Source: Basidioascus undulatus
Taxonomy: Eukaryota
Direction: 5' to 3'
NCBI GenBank assembly: GCA_000826855.1
Contig: JTLS01000005.1
Location: forward strand, 1-61,495
DNA: 61,495 nt
Shown in pieces: positions 39,101 to 50,886 of the stretch. The notes under the pieces are model-generated. The model did not search any database, was not told the origin of the DNA, and saw nothing but the letters and a program-made list of their open reading frames with translations. Position 1 is the first letter of the stretch. The number at the start of each line of letters is the position of its first letter. The translations under genes were made by a program, and so were the position numbers.

Positions 39101-39232
39101 GCTTGTTGACGGCTGGGCGGGAGAGACGCCATGAATGTTGGACAGCGACAGATTGGTTCCGGTGCCGTATGGAGGGTGCTGCTGCTGTTGCTGCTGTCCC
39201 GAGAGGCGTGGGTCGTGGGCGTGGTCGCCCAT
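36141..39232 (-). CDS. Conserved uncharacterised fungal protein: Q/P-rich N-terminus, multiple CxxC zinc ligands and a CSDCGGGGG motif
   Basis: CACANC, YLCNDC, CCDVC and QRCSDCGGGGGRIGIGKWRAKQLFVDGRKTCSLSHVR, followed by a globular C-terminal region over several exons. Confidence 0.8.
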
Positions 39233-39850
39233 GGGTCGAGGACGGGCGTCGCCAAGCGGGAGCGGGGCAAGGGGCGCCTAGGGGAAAAATACGGCCGGAT
39301 CGCGGATTGATACCACCGCCAGAAGAGTCGAAATTTCGATGGCTGTTGCGAAGATGAGCGAGGAGGCGCGAATGGCGGTCGTGAACGATGAAATGGGACG
39401 CGGAGGAGTTGCCTCGGGCGAGGCGCTCGCAAGCTCGCCGAGCGCAGCTGTTCGGCTCCCGGTCTTCCTGAACACCGACGACTCGCTGTGTTCGACAAAA
39501 ATATGGTTGCTACCAATTGCTGCTTTGCGGTAGGCACAACCGTAGAGCCCCATGACCTCTTTCTTGGTAGACGCATGACTATGCATCAGGGAGCGAGGCA
39601 ACGGACGCCCAGATGCAGCATAAGCGTCGGATGCTGTGTCTTCCTTCGTCACTGGCCCGCACTTTCTCAACCACGTCTGAGGGCGAACCCGCCACCACCA
39701 TTCACCCGTGGCCTGAAGCCGCAAAGAACACTCGGCACACCATTCAGCAGACGAGCGAGTCTGCCGACTCCTGGCGCTCTATCGCATGCATCTGGTATTC
39801 CTAGGATCCACATCCGTCTTCCTCAACCCGTATCACCTTTCAACTCGACC

Positions 39851-40722
39851 TCAAAGGTTGAGCACCTTCTTGATCGCATCGACAGCGAGCTATAAGCATA
39901 ACAAAAGGGGATTTCAGGGACGCGCTCATCGAGGGGCTGAGTACGAAAAGGAGACGATGCAGACGTTACCTCGTGGTCCTCCTCCTGCGTCAGGCCCGAC
40001 ACGATAATAGCCGCCACAGGCGCGACCGTCACGCCCTGCGTCCCAAACACGCAAGCGCTCAAAGCGGTCAGCCACCGTCCCCATCATGTGCGCGATCCCT
40101 CCCAAGTGCCCCGTCCGTCCTCGTATCCCCAGCGCTCACCTTGACCCAGATCGGCACCGCCCCGCCGAACGGCGCGTACTCAGGGAAAGTCAGTCCCCGA
40201 TCCGCAAGGACCTTGCCCTTCTCGGCGAGCGTGCGGCCGAAGCGGAAGCTGCCTTGGTTGAACCGGCGGACGACGGCGAGCTTGCCTGCGACCCAGTGCC
40301 TATTGGGCGTGCGCACCAAGAGAAGGGAAAATGAAAGCGGATGAAATTGAGTGCTTTGGAGAATTGGGATGGTAGAGAAGCAGGAAGGAAACGCACCAGT
40401 TGTCCGGCCCCCTTCAACCCGCATACCCACATCGATCCACATCAGCGTCATCCTCATCCTACCATATATCCATCCAGCTCCAGCCTTCCTTCCATCACAC
40501 GCACACTTTGCCCTCATCCCCCACCGCAACGCGGAAGAGGCTGTGGCCCGTAAGCGACTCAATGGCGATGACCGCGCCGCGCCCGGACGCCGGCGGGAAG
40601 CGCTCCAGGAAGATCTCGCGCGCGGCGGTGCCGAGCGCCCAGGCGTCCTCGGCCGTGAAGGAGGGCAAGACGAGTTGCGCCTCCTCGGCGGCGAGGGTGG
40701 AGGAGCTGGGCTGGGCGGACAT
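39851..40722 (-). CDS. UPF0303/DUF336 (GlcG/HbpS-like, YBR137W-like) protein
   Basis: LVLPSFTAEDAWALG; GPDNWHWVAGK..VRRF; YAPFGGAVPIWVK; IIVSGLTQEEDH. Includes a 15-nt exon at 40397-40411. Confidence 0.85.
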
Positions 40723-41223
40723 GCTTCGGAGGTGGTGGTGGTTAGAGCTGAAGGTGGAAGACATTCACGTTGAGGCCCTGAAGGCAAGGCGAGATGACGC
40801 AAGGACGCTGAGATGTTCGCAAGCTCGAACGGCGCTCACAGCCCTTTCGATTTTTTCGACCAGTGCACCGGCCACCGAATGAACGAAAGCTGAAAATAAT
40901 GTGGGCAGTTGCTGCGAGTAAACCCCGTATGAACCTCTACACCGGAGCAGAACCTGCGAACCCTCAACAAGCTTCCTCCCCCGCCGAACCCCTTTTGGCA
41001 CAGACTCAAACATCGCCCAAACTAATAACACACCATCCAAGCACAGATTACGCGATGATTTTAGTCGATTAATTACGGAGGAGTCACACGCGGGCGCGTA
41101 GGGTGGGTATGTGCGTGTGTCAGATCGTCGCGGAATCGTTCACGCTTGTCATGAAGCTACGGGGAGTGGGTCGCTCGAATTCCTTCATAACCCCTCGTCG
41201 TCCGTAGCATTGGAAGGCGCTAC

Positions 41224-41799
41224 CTAGTATTTCAAGATGATATAGAGTGCGTGGATGATGCCAGGCAGGTAGCCGAGCAGGGTCTGTCCAAAGTCGATTC
41301 ACGGTGTCAATTTAGGCCGACGGGGCTTCCTGGACCCGGAGTGCCCTTCACAAGTTAAGAAAGAGTAGCGCACGAGGAGGATATTAATCCAGAAGTCGGC
41401 AGCGCAGCCTGAGGTAGTGGGGGAATGGCATGAGTCTATAGGAGGCGGGCGAGGAGGGACTGCGAGGAAGGGGGCGCCTACCGCGCTCGAGGAACACGCC
41501 CAATGGGGGGAGGATGACGGCGAAGCTATTGAACGGATGAAATGCATTGTCAGCGACCGAGAGCCACCCCGCAATTGTCAACGACGTACATGATCTTCAG
41601 AATGTCCTGCACCGCGACACCGCGCGACCATGCACCCGCGTCAGTCCACCTGGATCCCCGGCCTCAATCCAACACGCCCGCTGGAAAACAAGGCTTACTC
41701 TGCGGGGAAGGGACAGAGTGGCGTACGAAGTCCATCAGCGGGCACTCTTAAAATGCAGCATATGGACCGGAAGAGGACATACGAGCAAGTGAAAGGCAT
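41224..41799 (-). CDS. PMP3: Pmp3/UPF0057 plasma-membrane proteolipid, copy A (57 aa, 6 exons including a 1-nt exon at 41699)
   Basis: Spliced product [57 protein letters not shown]. Confidence 0.92.
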
Positions 41800-42065
41800 A
41801 TTGTTTTGCAGAGGAGGGTTTCAATGAAAGAGACGGGTGTTCGAGTATGGTACGTTCGAGCAGGCTGTTGTGCGTTACGGTGAGTGGCAAGAGGGAGAGC
41901 ACCAACGAGCGAGAGCGTCAGCGCTTTAGTCGAGGGAAATGCTTCAACTTGGAGTCAGCTGGGAGTAAGCGGGAGTATAGCGGGCCGTCCATTTGCGGTG
42001 CAAGCTTCGCTGCGCAATGCGCAGCGAACGCTGTCGTCGACGTCGCTCAGCCCTTGGTGCTATGC

Positions 42066-43390
42066 TGAACCGGCTCACGAAACCGGCGCACTGACGTACC
42101 TGAAGGCTGAGTTGCAGAAGATGTCGACGAAGATGAACCCATGGTCCTTCGACCGCTGATGTTGTTTCTTCGACAAAAAGGTTGCGACGCCGCTTGACCG
42201 CAGAGGGGATGAAACGTTAATCGACAAGGCTTGATTTCGTTTCACAGTTATCCTAACAGGCACGTGCACTTGGCCTTGCACGAGGCGACCCTACACATGG
42301 TCTTTGAATGTCGTGCACTACTCGCAGTCTCTCGCATTGGTTGGCCACGCAATGGAACTGCAACTCAAGGTACCATTTGATGAGCACAGAGCCGGAGCCA
42401 ACCAGCTCGTTTCTTGTGGAGACTTTCAGAAACAGTCTTTGGATGGCCCAAGATAGCACTTCGATTCGCACAAGGCGGCGCACTCCTGCGGAGCATACGT
42501 CAAGAGAAGGGACCTTCAAGCAGCAGCCTCAAAAGCACTTGGTATGACCCTCTGATGAATCATTCGTACAACCAGAAGGAATTTTCTTGGTCACACCAGG
42601 TCTACTGAAGGACCGAGCGTTTGGCAAAGTACTGTCGCCCCTTCTCGTCAACGCTCGCTGAACTTGGTTGAGAATGTGCTAATTTAGTACTCTTCGTAAC
42701 AGTGGTAATACGAAATCTGGGATTGACCATGCCAGGGACGAGATGGAGCCTCGCGAAAGCCTCACGAAAATGTCGGCTTTCGAAGTGGTCCGGGCCCACC
42801 CCCCTTTCGACCACCTGTGCCTGTACTGCAACCGAATGTCACATCGCACTATCCTGTACAACCATGTATGCTGGTAAGGTTAATACAGCAGTGTCGAAAG
42901 GTGACGTCGAACGGGCGGCCAGGTCATGAGCCGCTCTGATCCACACTAGCCTCTGAACAGGTGAGTTGTGAGAAGCTTCGCGGCTACGATGCATGTGTTC
43001 AGACCAGTTCTTTGCTCATGTCTAAGCAGATCCACCAGAGAAAGTGGGCTCTATGCCGACGACACAGCCAAAAGCTTCCCCGTGATGGCATCGGCCAATC
43101 GCCGCCGCAGCGTGTTGTCGCACGTCACCGCCACCAATCGCACAAACCAAAGCGCAGATTACGCGGCGTGTATGGCTCAAAAATATGCCCACCCTTGGTC
43201 TCCTGGACCGGCTGAACCGGGTCACTGGCGTACCTGAAGGCTGAGCTGTAGAAAATGTCGAGGATGACCCATGGTTGCTCGTCAGATGTCAGGGAAGAAG
43301 AAAGTCGTGACACCGCTTAACTGCAGAGTGATGAAACGTTGACTGACATTGCTTGCAGTGCTTTACAGAGTATAATATGTTTCCTTAAAG
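42066..43390 (+). repeat. Diverged direct repeat pair (about 42066-42260 and 43210-43390), probably relic 3' ends of BTB-type genes
   Basis: cactgacgtacctgaaggctgagttgcagaagatgtcga..cccatggt..ccgcttgaccgcagag..gatgaaacgtt versus cactggcgtacctgaaggctgagctgtagaaaatgtcga..cccatggt..ccgcttaactgcagag.gatgaaacgtt. Confidence 0.75.
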
Positions 43391-43512
43391 GTATGATGCT
43401 TGCTAGTAGTGAAAAACACCCCATGCCTCTTGAACGTATGTCCCTCTACCACCACCATCACCCGCCTGCTCGTATCACTCACTCACCCGAGCGCTCGCTG
43501 CCCCACACCAGC

Positions 43513-44030
43513 ATGCCTCCCTCTGTGCAATCGAGTTCTCCAACGCGGACGGCGGTGTTGCGTTTCTGTCGTCCGACGAGGTCATGTTCAACGTTCCAGC
43601 GGACACGCTCATTTACAACTCGCCCGTCTTCCGGGACATGCTGTCCCTCCTCCAAGGCGGCGGAGGGGCCCCCGAGTCCATCCACCTGTCGGAGAAGTCC
43701 GCCGTGCTCAGGAGGTTCTTCCCCCTGCTCGACCCAGAGAGGGCCGACGGGCGCTGTGCAAGAACGTGCAGAGTTGCCTTGGGGTCCTCGAGGTTGCGGA
43801 TAAGTACTCGACGCGGCTTGTGGGGCTGCTCATCGCCAACCATCTGCTCTTTCTGATTCACGTCTCCCAATACCGGTCGATCGAGGTTTATGCCAAACTC
43901 CCGCACGCAAGATTCGAGAACGCGGCTCGCATGGCATCGACTAACTGTTACATCAGCGCGTAGTCGCGCGTTGCCGCCGCCGACTCGCACACAATGAAGC
44001 ACAGATTACCCGGCGTATATGGCTCAAATA
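43513..44030 (+). pseudogene. BTB/POZ-domain pseudogene
   Basis: FSNADGGVAFLSSDEVMFNV..L..NSPVFRDML..IHLSEKSAVL..LD and VLEVADKY are typical of fungal BTB proteins. Frameshifts near 43531 and about 43750, with an early stop at 43963. Confidence 0.75.
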
Positions 44031-44207
44031 GATACAGTAGAATCACAGGCGGGTGCGTAAGTGTGGGGTGTGCGTGGGCGTCGGGTGGTCGTGGTATCGT
44101 GAAGGCTCGTGAGGAAGGTGAGGGTGGATGCGCCGTCGGACGATGTCGCTAGAAAATATTCTCCGGGATGATCGATTGTTGTCCTTTGCGTCCGCAATTG
44201 TAATCAT

Positions 44208-44802
44208 CTAGTATTTCAAGATGATGTACAGTGCGTGGATGATTCCGGGGATATAGCCGAGAATGGTCTGATTCGGATCGAATCGCGGGGTCAATTTCGG
44301 CCCAATTGACGTCCTGGGCCCGCTACGCGCGTCTCAAGTCAAAACAGAGAAACGTACGAGGAGGATGTTGATCAGGAAGTCGGCGTTGCAGCCTGTAATC
44401 ATGGGGGACTGTCCGTAAGACAACTGCTTGCTTAGGCGAGGGCGTGGCGTGAAGTCGGGGCGTGGGAGGTGGCGGCAGTGCTTACCGCGCTCGAGGAAGA
44501 CGCCCAACGGGGGAAGGACGATGGCGAGGCTGTTTGGCGAAGAATGTGTCAGTCATAAGGGACCCGGGGACAGTGCGAGCCATCGCCGACTTACATGATC
44601 TTCAGGATGTCCTACATCACGACATCGCCAGCAATACGAACATCCGTCAGTCCATCAGGTTCTCCAAGCCTCACAACCGCTGTCGAGGGGTGTGGATCCA
44701 TAGCTTACCCTGCGAGGAAGGACGAAGGGATAGTCAGTCGCTTGTCCCTGTCCGCCCATGAGAGCCCCAGCAGTAGAAGACGTACGAGCAAGTGAAAGGC
44801 AT
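44208..44802 (-). CDS. PMP3: Pmp3/UPF0057 plasma-membrane proteolipid, copy B (57 aa, 6 exons including a 1-nt exon at 44709)
   Basis: Spliced product [57 protein letters not shown]; same intron positions as copy A. Confidence 0.92.
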
Positions 44803-45675
44803 TTTTGATTCCTTGACGAAGATTGACGGGATGTTATGGTCTGAACGGTTGTGATGGATAACGCTGTGCTGAAGGGGGTGATTGGTGATGGATGATCAGG
44901 AAGGTCAAGGGGCAAGGGGGCAGGAAGACGCTTTTAGAGGGGAAGTTGGGGTGGAGCGTGCCGCGACCGAGGCGCGAACTGACGTCATTTGCCAGCTAAG
45001 AATTACAGCCAACTGAATATGCGAGCAGCCTTTTCCTCCGTTGACGAGACCTCGGCGGGCTTGCTTTCATGATACAAGAGCTAACCATGAGCGAGCCTGC
45101 ATTTGACTCAAGAGGAAATGGCGTACAAGCAGCGAGATTGCGCAGAATGGAAGGGGAACGCGACTGGCAGGGGCAATCAGAGGCCGCCCAACGCCGCCTT
45201 CAGTAGTGCCGCCGCCAAGTTCTTGTTCCGCACAGCCACGTTTTCCGACCGCCGGCTCGCGTGCAGAGAAAGCACAGCCGCTCATCATCGTGCATCACTG
45301 ATATCCGAAGAGGATCATCAAAGGGTCATATGCAGGTGCAGCTACGAATGTTGAAGAAGACTTTCGCATTGAAGTTCGTCAATCACTGAGCCTTGTTGAG
45401 CCAGCTGCAGCTGGCCCGGGCCGAGCGAGCCGTGTCAATGTTTGCCGTATGGCGCACGAACCCAGATGTCAGGCCTTGTCGAGCGAGCGACGTCTGGCGC
45501 TACATTAGCCCCACACTGCCAGTACTGCACACCTGTTATTCCTTGCCTACACCCCCCCCCTCCTCTTTGATATCCGCTATGAAATAAACGAGCGGGTGGG
45601 GCAGTCGACTTTATGTGATTACATCGGCTAGATGGACGCCCCGTTGATGGTACACCCGGGGAGACATCTCGACGT

Positions 45676-48600
45676 CTAGGCGATCTCCTCCGGGTCGACC
45701 TCCTCGAACTTGAGTGGCGTGAAGGCATAGCCACTGCGAAGACGAATACAACCAAGTCAGTCCAGGGGAAGGAGGAAGAAAAGAGACAAGGACGCACCCA
45801 GCCTGGTAATGCTTGCCGTTCGCCTCGACCCAGTGAAGACGGAGCGCGTGCAGGAATGCCGACAAGCCCTCCATGATACACAGGATCTGTTCGCGCGTCC
45901 CGTTGAGTTAGAGTCACCCTCTCATGCGCGGTGCCAGCCGAGGGAGAATCTGTGTAAGCAACGCACCGCCAGCGTAAGGATGAACCAGAACGCGAACATG
46001 ATGACGAGGAAGACGACGCCTCCGACGCCCGTTCCGCTGAGCGCGGGCTCGAGCGTCATGGTCCACAACTATCCCAAGGACCGACGTGGTTAGCTTAAGC
46101 GCGCACATGAAGTAAAGAACGCGTGGACGCACCACTTCAGAAAGCTGCGCGTGCGCAAGCGAGAGCGCCCAGAGACGAAGGTAGGATGCTGTATTGGAGA
46201 TAGCGCCAAGGCAGAACTCGATGGTGTGGATGACCTGGTGGATGGCCTCCTCGCCGAGATCGAACTCCTACACGCGCGAATGAGGGCATCAGGCAAGATA
46301 TCCACAAAAGAAGGCGAAGAAAAATCGGACGCACATGGCTGGCATGCAGCTCCTCGGTCATCCCCTCGCTGACGGATGCGCCCGGGCCCATCTCAGTGGT
46401 GTGCTCGTCCGCGTGACTGTGGCCGTTGCCCTCCTCGGCGTCGGCGATCGAGTCCGAGCTGAGGCGCGAGCCGACATCCTCGACGTTGCCGATACGGTCG
46501 TAGCCCTGCGCCTTGGTGCGCTGGTGCTCCTTCCACGCGAGGTACGGCTTGGTGATGAGCATCCAGGGCACGCAGACTAGCGCGAGGAGCAAGAGGACGA
46601 CTTGGAGCACGCCCTGGCCCCAGAAGAGCTGCTCGTCGGCGTTGATGCTCCCCGGGCTGAGGAACATGTAGATCTGTCCGTGCCGGAAATAGTGCCGATT
46701 AGCCCAGGGCACAGGTAGGAGTAGGAATATGGAGAAGTTGCGACGCACGAGCATGTTGAGCAGGCCAGGCGGCGAGGTCGACGCGCGGCTCCAGTCGGTC
46801 GCCCACTTGATGATGATCGTGACGACGAGGTAGCCGAAGATGGAGTGGAGGAAGAGGATCTGGGGGAGCCACTCCGCCCAAATGTTCTGCGGCTTCTTCC
46901 AGTACAGGTAGTTCGGGATGTTGAGGCAGATGGCAAAGGTCATCTGCAATCCCGGCCAGGCCACATCAGTTTCGTTGTCGCTCACGATGCGAGAACAGCG
47001 CCGAACGTACGTGGGTGACACCGAGGATGATCGACATCTTCATCTTGTACGAGTTGGTGAAGACGAGCGCGTTGTCGGCACCGTGCCACGCCGGGTCGAG
47101 ACCGAGCGCGTACGGGTTGGAGACTTGGTGAGCCTCGACGACGCCCGACTCGGCCTCGGGCCACTCGTACGCCGAGCTGAAGATCGAGAGCGACTTGCTG
47201 AAAATGTCGTTGTATATGAAGCCCGTGTAGATCGAGAACAAGCCCATGAGCAGAATGATGTAGCGGCCGAAGAAGAACGTCTCGAAGATCTGCATGGGTG
47301 CGCGGAGTCAGTGCGGGTGCAGAATGCAATCGAATGCCAGTCACACGAACCTCGCCGAGCTTCGCCCTGGCCAGCTTCTTCTCCCAGATGCACATGGCTG
47401 CAGCAGCGCAGGCGGTGATGAACCCGTGCCCGATATCGCCGAACATAACGGCGAAGAGGAAGGGGAACGTGATGACGGTGTACTGCAAGGGGCACAGAAG
47501 TCAGCGGTCGCGGCGTGTCACTACGGAACGACCACGCACCAAGCCGGGGTTGACCTCGCGGTACGTGGCAATACCGTACGCGTCGACGATCGTCTGGAAT
47601 GCCTCGGTGAACTTGTTGGTGCGGTGGAACGTCGGCGGCATCGCATTCGTCTTGACCTCGTGCAAGATGGGCGGGACGCTCGTCCCCGCGTTCTCGGTCG
47701 CCCTGCGCAGCGCGAGCTGGACGGCCGTGATGTCGCGGGTGGGGACCCAGCCCTCGGCAACGAGCGTCTTGCGGCGCGGGTCATAGTTGAAGAGGTTGAG
47801 CGTCGCGTAGATCGACTTCTCCTTGCGGACGATCGTCGCCCACGCCGCGAGAGCCTCGGCGATCTTAACGAGCTCGGCGCGACGCGTCTGCGCCGTGTTA
47901 TAGAGCACGGTGTTGAGGTCCTCGATCCGCGCGGACACGTCGCGCAGCGCCTCGGCGCGACGCTCGGGGTTCGCGTCGATCGGGTACACGGTGCCGCCCA
48001 TGCTGTCCGCGACCTTGTGGATCTTCTGCAGAAGCTCTTGGCCGTGGGCGAAGATGATGAATACCGACTTGCGGATGGGCTCGGCGTCCGGCGAAGCGCC
48101 GTAGGCAGGGCGGACGTCCTCCCTGAAGGTCGAGATACGTCAGTAGAAGTACACGAAATGGGGATCACATAAACGCGACGCACAAGTCGACGTAGTTCAT
48201 GTAGAGGTTACCGCGGAGGACGCGCCAGAGGATGCGCTCGAAGGTCGGCATGCGCGCACGGTCGATCGTGCCAGCGATGAACCTGAGCAACCGGCATGTC
48301 AGCTCATGGCCCAACTCAAGCAGCAAGATTAGACGCACTCAAGCTCGAAGCCGCCAATGCCAGCGTCACCCCCTTGCTCCTCGTCGCCAGCACCGTGCAG
48401 AAGCGGGCGGCTGTCGCTGTCCTCGAACGAGGTCCGGATCTCCTCGCGGTGGCCGGCAGCCTTTCAACCCCAGCATCAGTCCCGCCGCAACCCCAAACCC
48501 CCTCGGAATGCGCTCACCTGCTGGAAGAAGATAGCCGTCTCGCGGAGGACATGGCGAGCCTCCTCGAGCTCGATGCTCTTCTTGGCGAGGGTCTCATAGC

Positions 48601-49091
48601 TCTGGTTCATCTGGACGAGTCGCGCCTCATGCTCGGCGAGCTTGACGTCGAGCTCGTCTACGACCTGCGGCCCACGGTTGCCCTGCGCGAGCTGCGGGCT
48701 GTCATCGAGCGGGCGAACGGGGATCTGCTCGGCCTTGATCTGCTCGGCGAAGAAGCGCACGCGGCGGTCCATCTCATCGATGCGGCGGATCTCGCCCACA
48801 AAGGAGCGTTGGAAGGGGTTGACACTGGGGTTGAGCTGTACAACCCTCGTGATGAGTCGCTTTGTATTCCATTATCGGAAAGGAGGCTTGTAACCCACGT
48901 CGCGGAACTGGATCCTGCCGAGCTGGCCGACTTCGAGGACGGTGTCATGCGCGACTTCGGTGGGGACGTAAAGCTGGACGAGGCTCATCTCCTCCGAGCC
49001 TGGTGTACAGCTCATTCAGCATGCCATGTCCTGGGTCCTCCCATTTAAGAGACGGCTACGCACGGAAGAGACTAGGGTACTCGCTGCTCAT
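45676..49091 (-). CDS. VPH1: V-type ATPase V0 subunit a (Vph1/Stv1)
   Basis: [111 protein letters not shown]. Confidence 0.96.
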
Positions 49092-49429
49092 GCTGGGCGA
49101 GCCTCACTGGGAGCGGCGCAGCAGGAGTGAAGCGGGAGGGGTCGGGGTGAAAGGAAGGGTAGTATGGAGTCTGGAGACTGCAATCGTCAGCGTTAGAAAT
49201 GATCCTGCAGTCGTATCTGTTGAACGTACTGGAAACAGAAGACCGCAAGGCGCTGATGCGCTGATGATGATGGCGAGAAGGTCGGCCCCTGAGCCTCGCC
49301 CACAGTGCGCTCGAGCACCGGCTTGTTCCGCGGATAGCACCACCCTTGTCTGCGCGGACGCCTGCTTCCGACGGTCTCAGCACGCGATTGCAGCACGCGG
49401 TTGCCGTCGCATGCTGCACCTCAACGTCC

Positions 49430-50463
49430 ATGTTCAACCTCGTCGCAGCAGCAGCAACTTGCATCGCGGGCAAAGATTCGAGCATGTCATCCACCGCGGC
49501 ACCAGTGCCAGAGCCAGCCATGACTGTCATAGACGACGCGGCGCCCAGCCAGGGCAAGTTCCGGGAGAACGCCGTGCCTGCTGAAGCGAAGAGCGTGGAA
49601 GGTCCCGCCCAAGCGGAGAGCAACGAGAGGCTGAAGGATGGGCAGTGGGTTGTGAAGAACGAAGTCAAGGAATGGTATGTCCCATGCCTGGAGTGCGTCC
49701 AAGCTGTCTCTTACTGAGACTGCGTACAGGCACTTTCACATTTACTTCCTCCTCAACGATCCGGTGTTCGTAATGTTTCTTTTTGTCCGTGAAATAACTG
49801 TACCCAGTCTCACTCTTTTCAATACCGCAGGTACGAGGCGAAGGCGCGGACCCTGCGCGATGCTGTCCTTGCACTGCGGAAACAAGGTCTTGCATTGCCT
49901 TCAACTGCGGTTGAGGACGTCCGCTGATATGTGCCGTCCACACAGGGGTATTTGTCGCTGTTCCTCTCTGGCGGGTCAACACTGCCCCTATCGGTCCCCA
50001 CCCAGTTGGTACGCCGGTCGTTCTTCTACCCGTCCGCCTCAGGCTCTCACATCGCCTCGCGACGTTGCAGGCAGCTATGAGATCTGGGTCCCTCGCGAGT
50101 CCTTCTCCTCGGTGTTCTCTTTCCTGGCACTCAACCATGGCGATCTCTCGATCCTGATTCACCCGCTCACGCGAAACGAGCGGGCTGACCATGACTCGCG
50201 CAAGGCGTGGATCGGCCAGCCGTTCCCGATCCACCTCGGGGCGCTGCCAGTGGAGAGCGAGCAGGTCCCGCTGCAGTACCCTTCGATTGGTACGTGGAAT
50301 AACGGTGTTTCAGATGCCTGCTGTTCCGCTGATGCATTAGAACGCGACAGGATATGGGTATTCGAGCAAGGTGCCCGAGCTGAGCATGGAGGAGAGGGAG
50401 AAGAGGGGTAGGGAACTCGAGGAAAAGCTGAAGGACGAGCCGGAGGCTGCACTTACCCCGTGA
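49430..50463 (+). CDS. DOPA 4,5-dioxygenase family protein (fungal DodA-like); start uncertain
   Basis: KEW|HFHIYF; VNTAPIGPHPV|GSYEIWVP; LSILIHPLTRNERADHDSRKAWIG: the conserved His motifs of the DOPA_dioxygen family. Confidence 0.88.
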
Positions 50464-50886
50464 ATGTACCAGAGCTGGGAGCAAGGTAGCAGCCGGCTCG
50501 TCGAGACTATCCATGCAGTTTCAGCAGCGATTTGAAAGGCCAAGTCGGCGACTGCGTCTGTCCCCGTGCCTGTCGCGTTGGGCTTTTTGACCTTGGACCG
50601 AATTTAAAGGCAGCCAAACTTCGTATTCAAGTGCTCTTGTCGTTAATTCCCCTGTTCTTGGTCGAGAAGGCATCTCACGAGTTATGTTTGGGGATCTGAT
50701 CAACATGGCGAGCTTTCGGGTCACGTGTCCGCAATCACATGGAAGCGGCACCCCTCGCCTGGAACTGAACTCGGTGCGCTCACTCTTGCCTTCCAACCTC
50801 AACGAACCCAGCACCAGCGCACACATCCAACGCTCTATTTTTTTAACCCTCATACCAGTCAGGCTCCCCGAAGAAAGCGGCCCATC

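Noticed and set aside
47294..49048. Long + strand ORFs opposite VPH1 (and similar antisense ORFs over other genes)
   Set aside because: Shadow ORFs caused by high GC3 codon bias.
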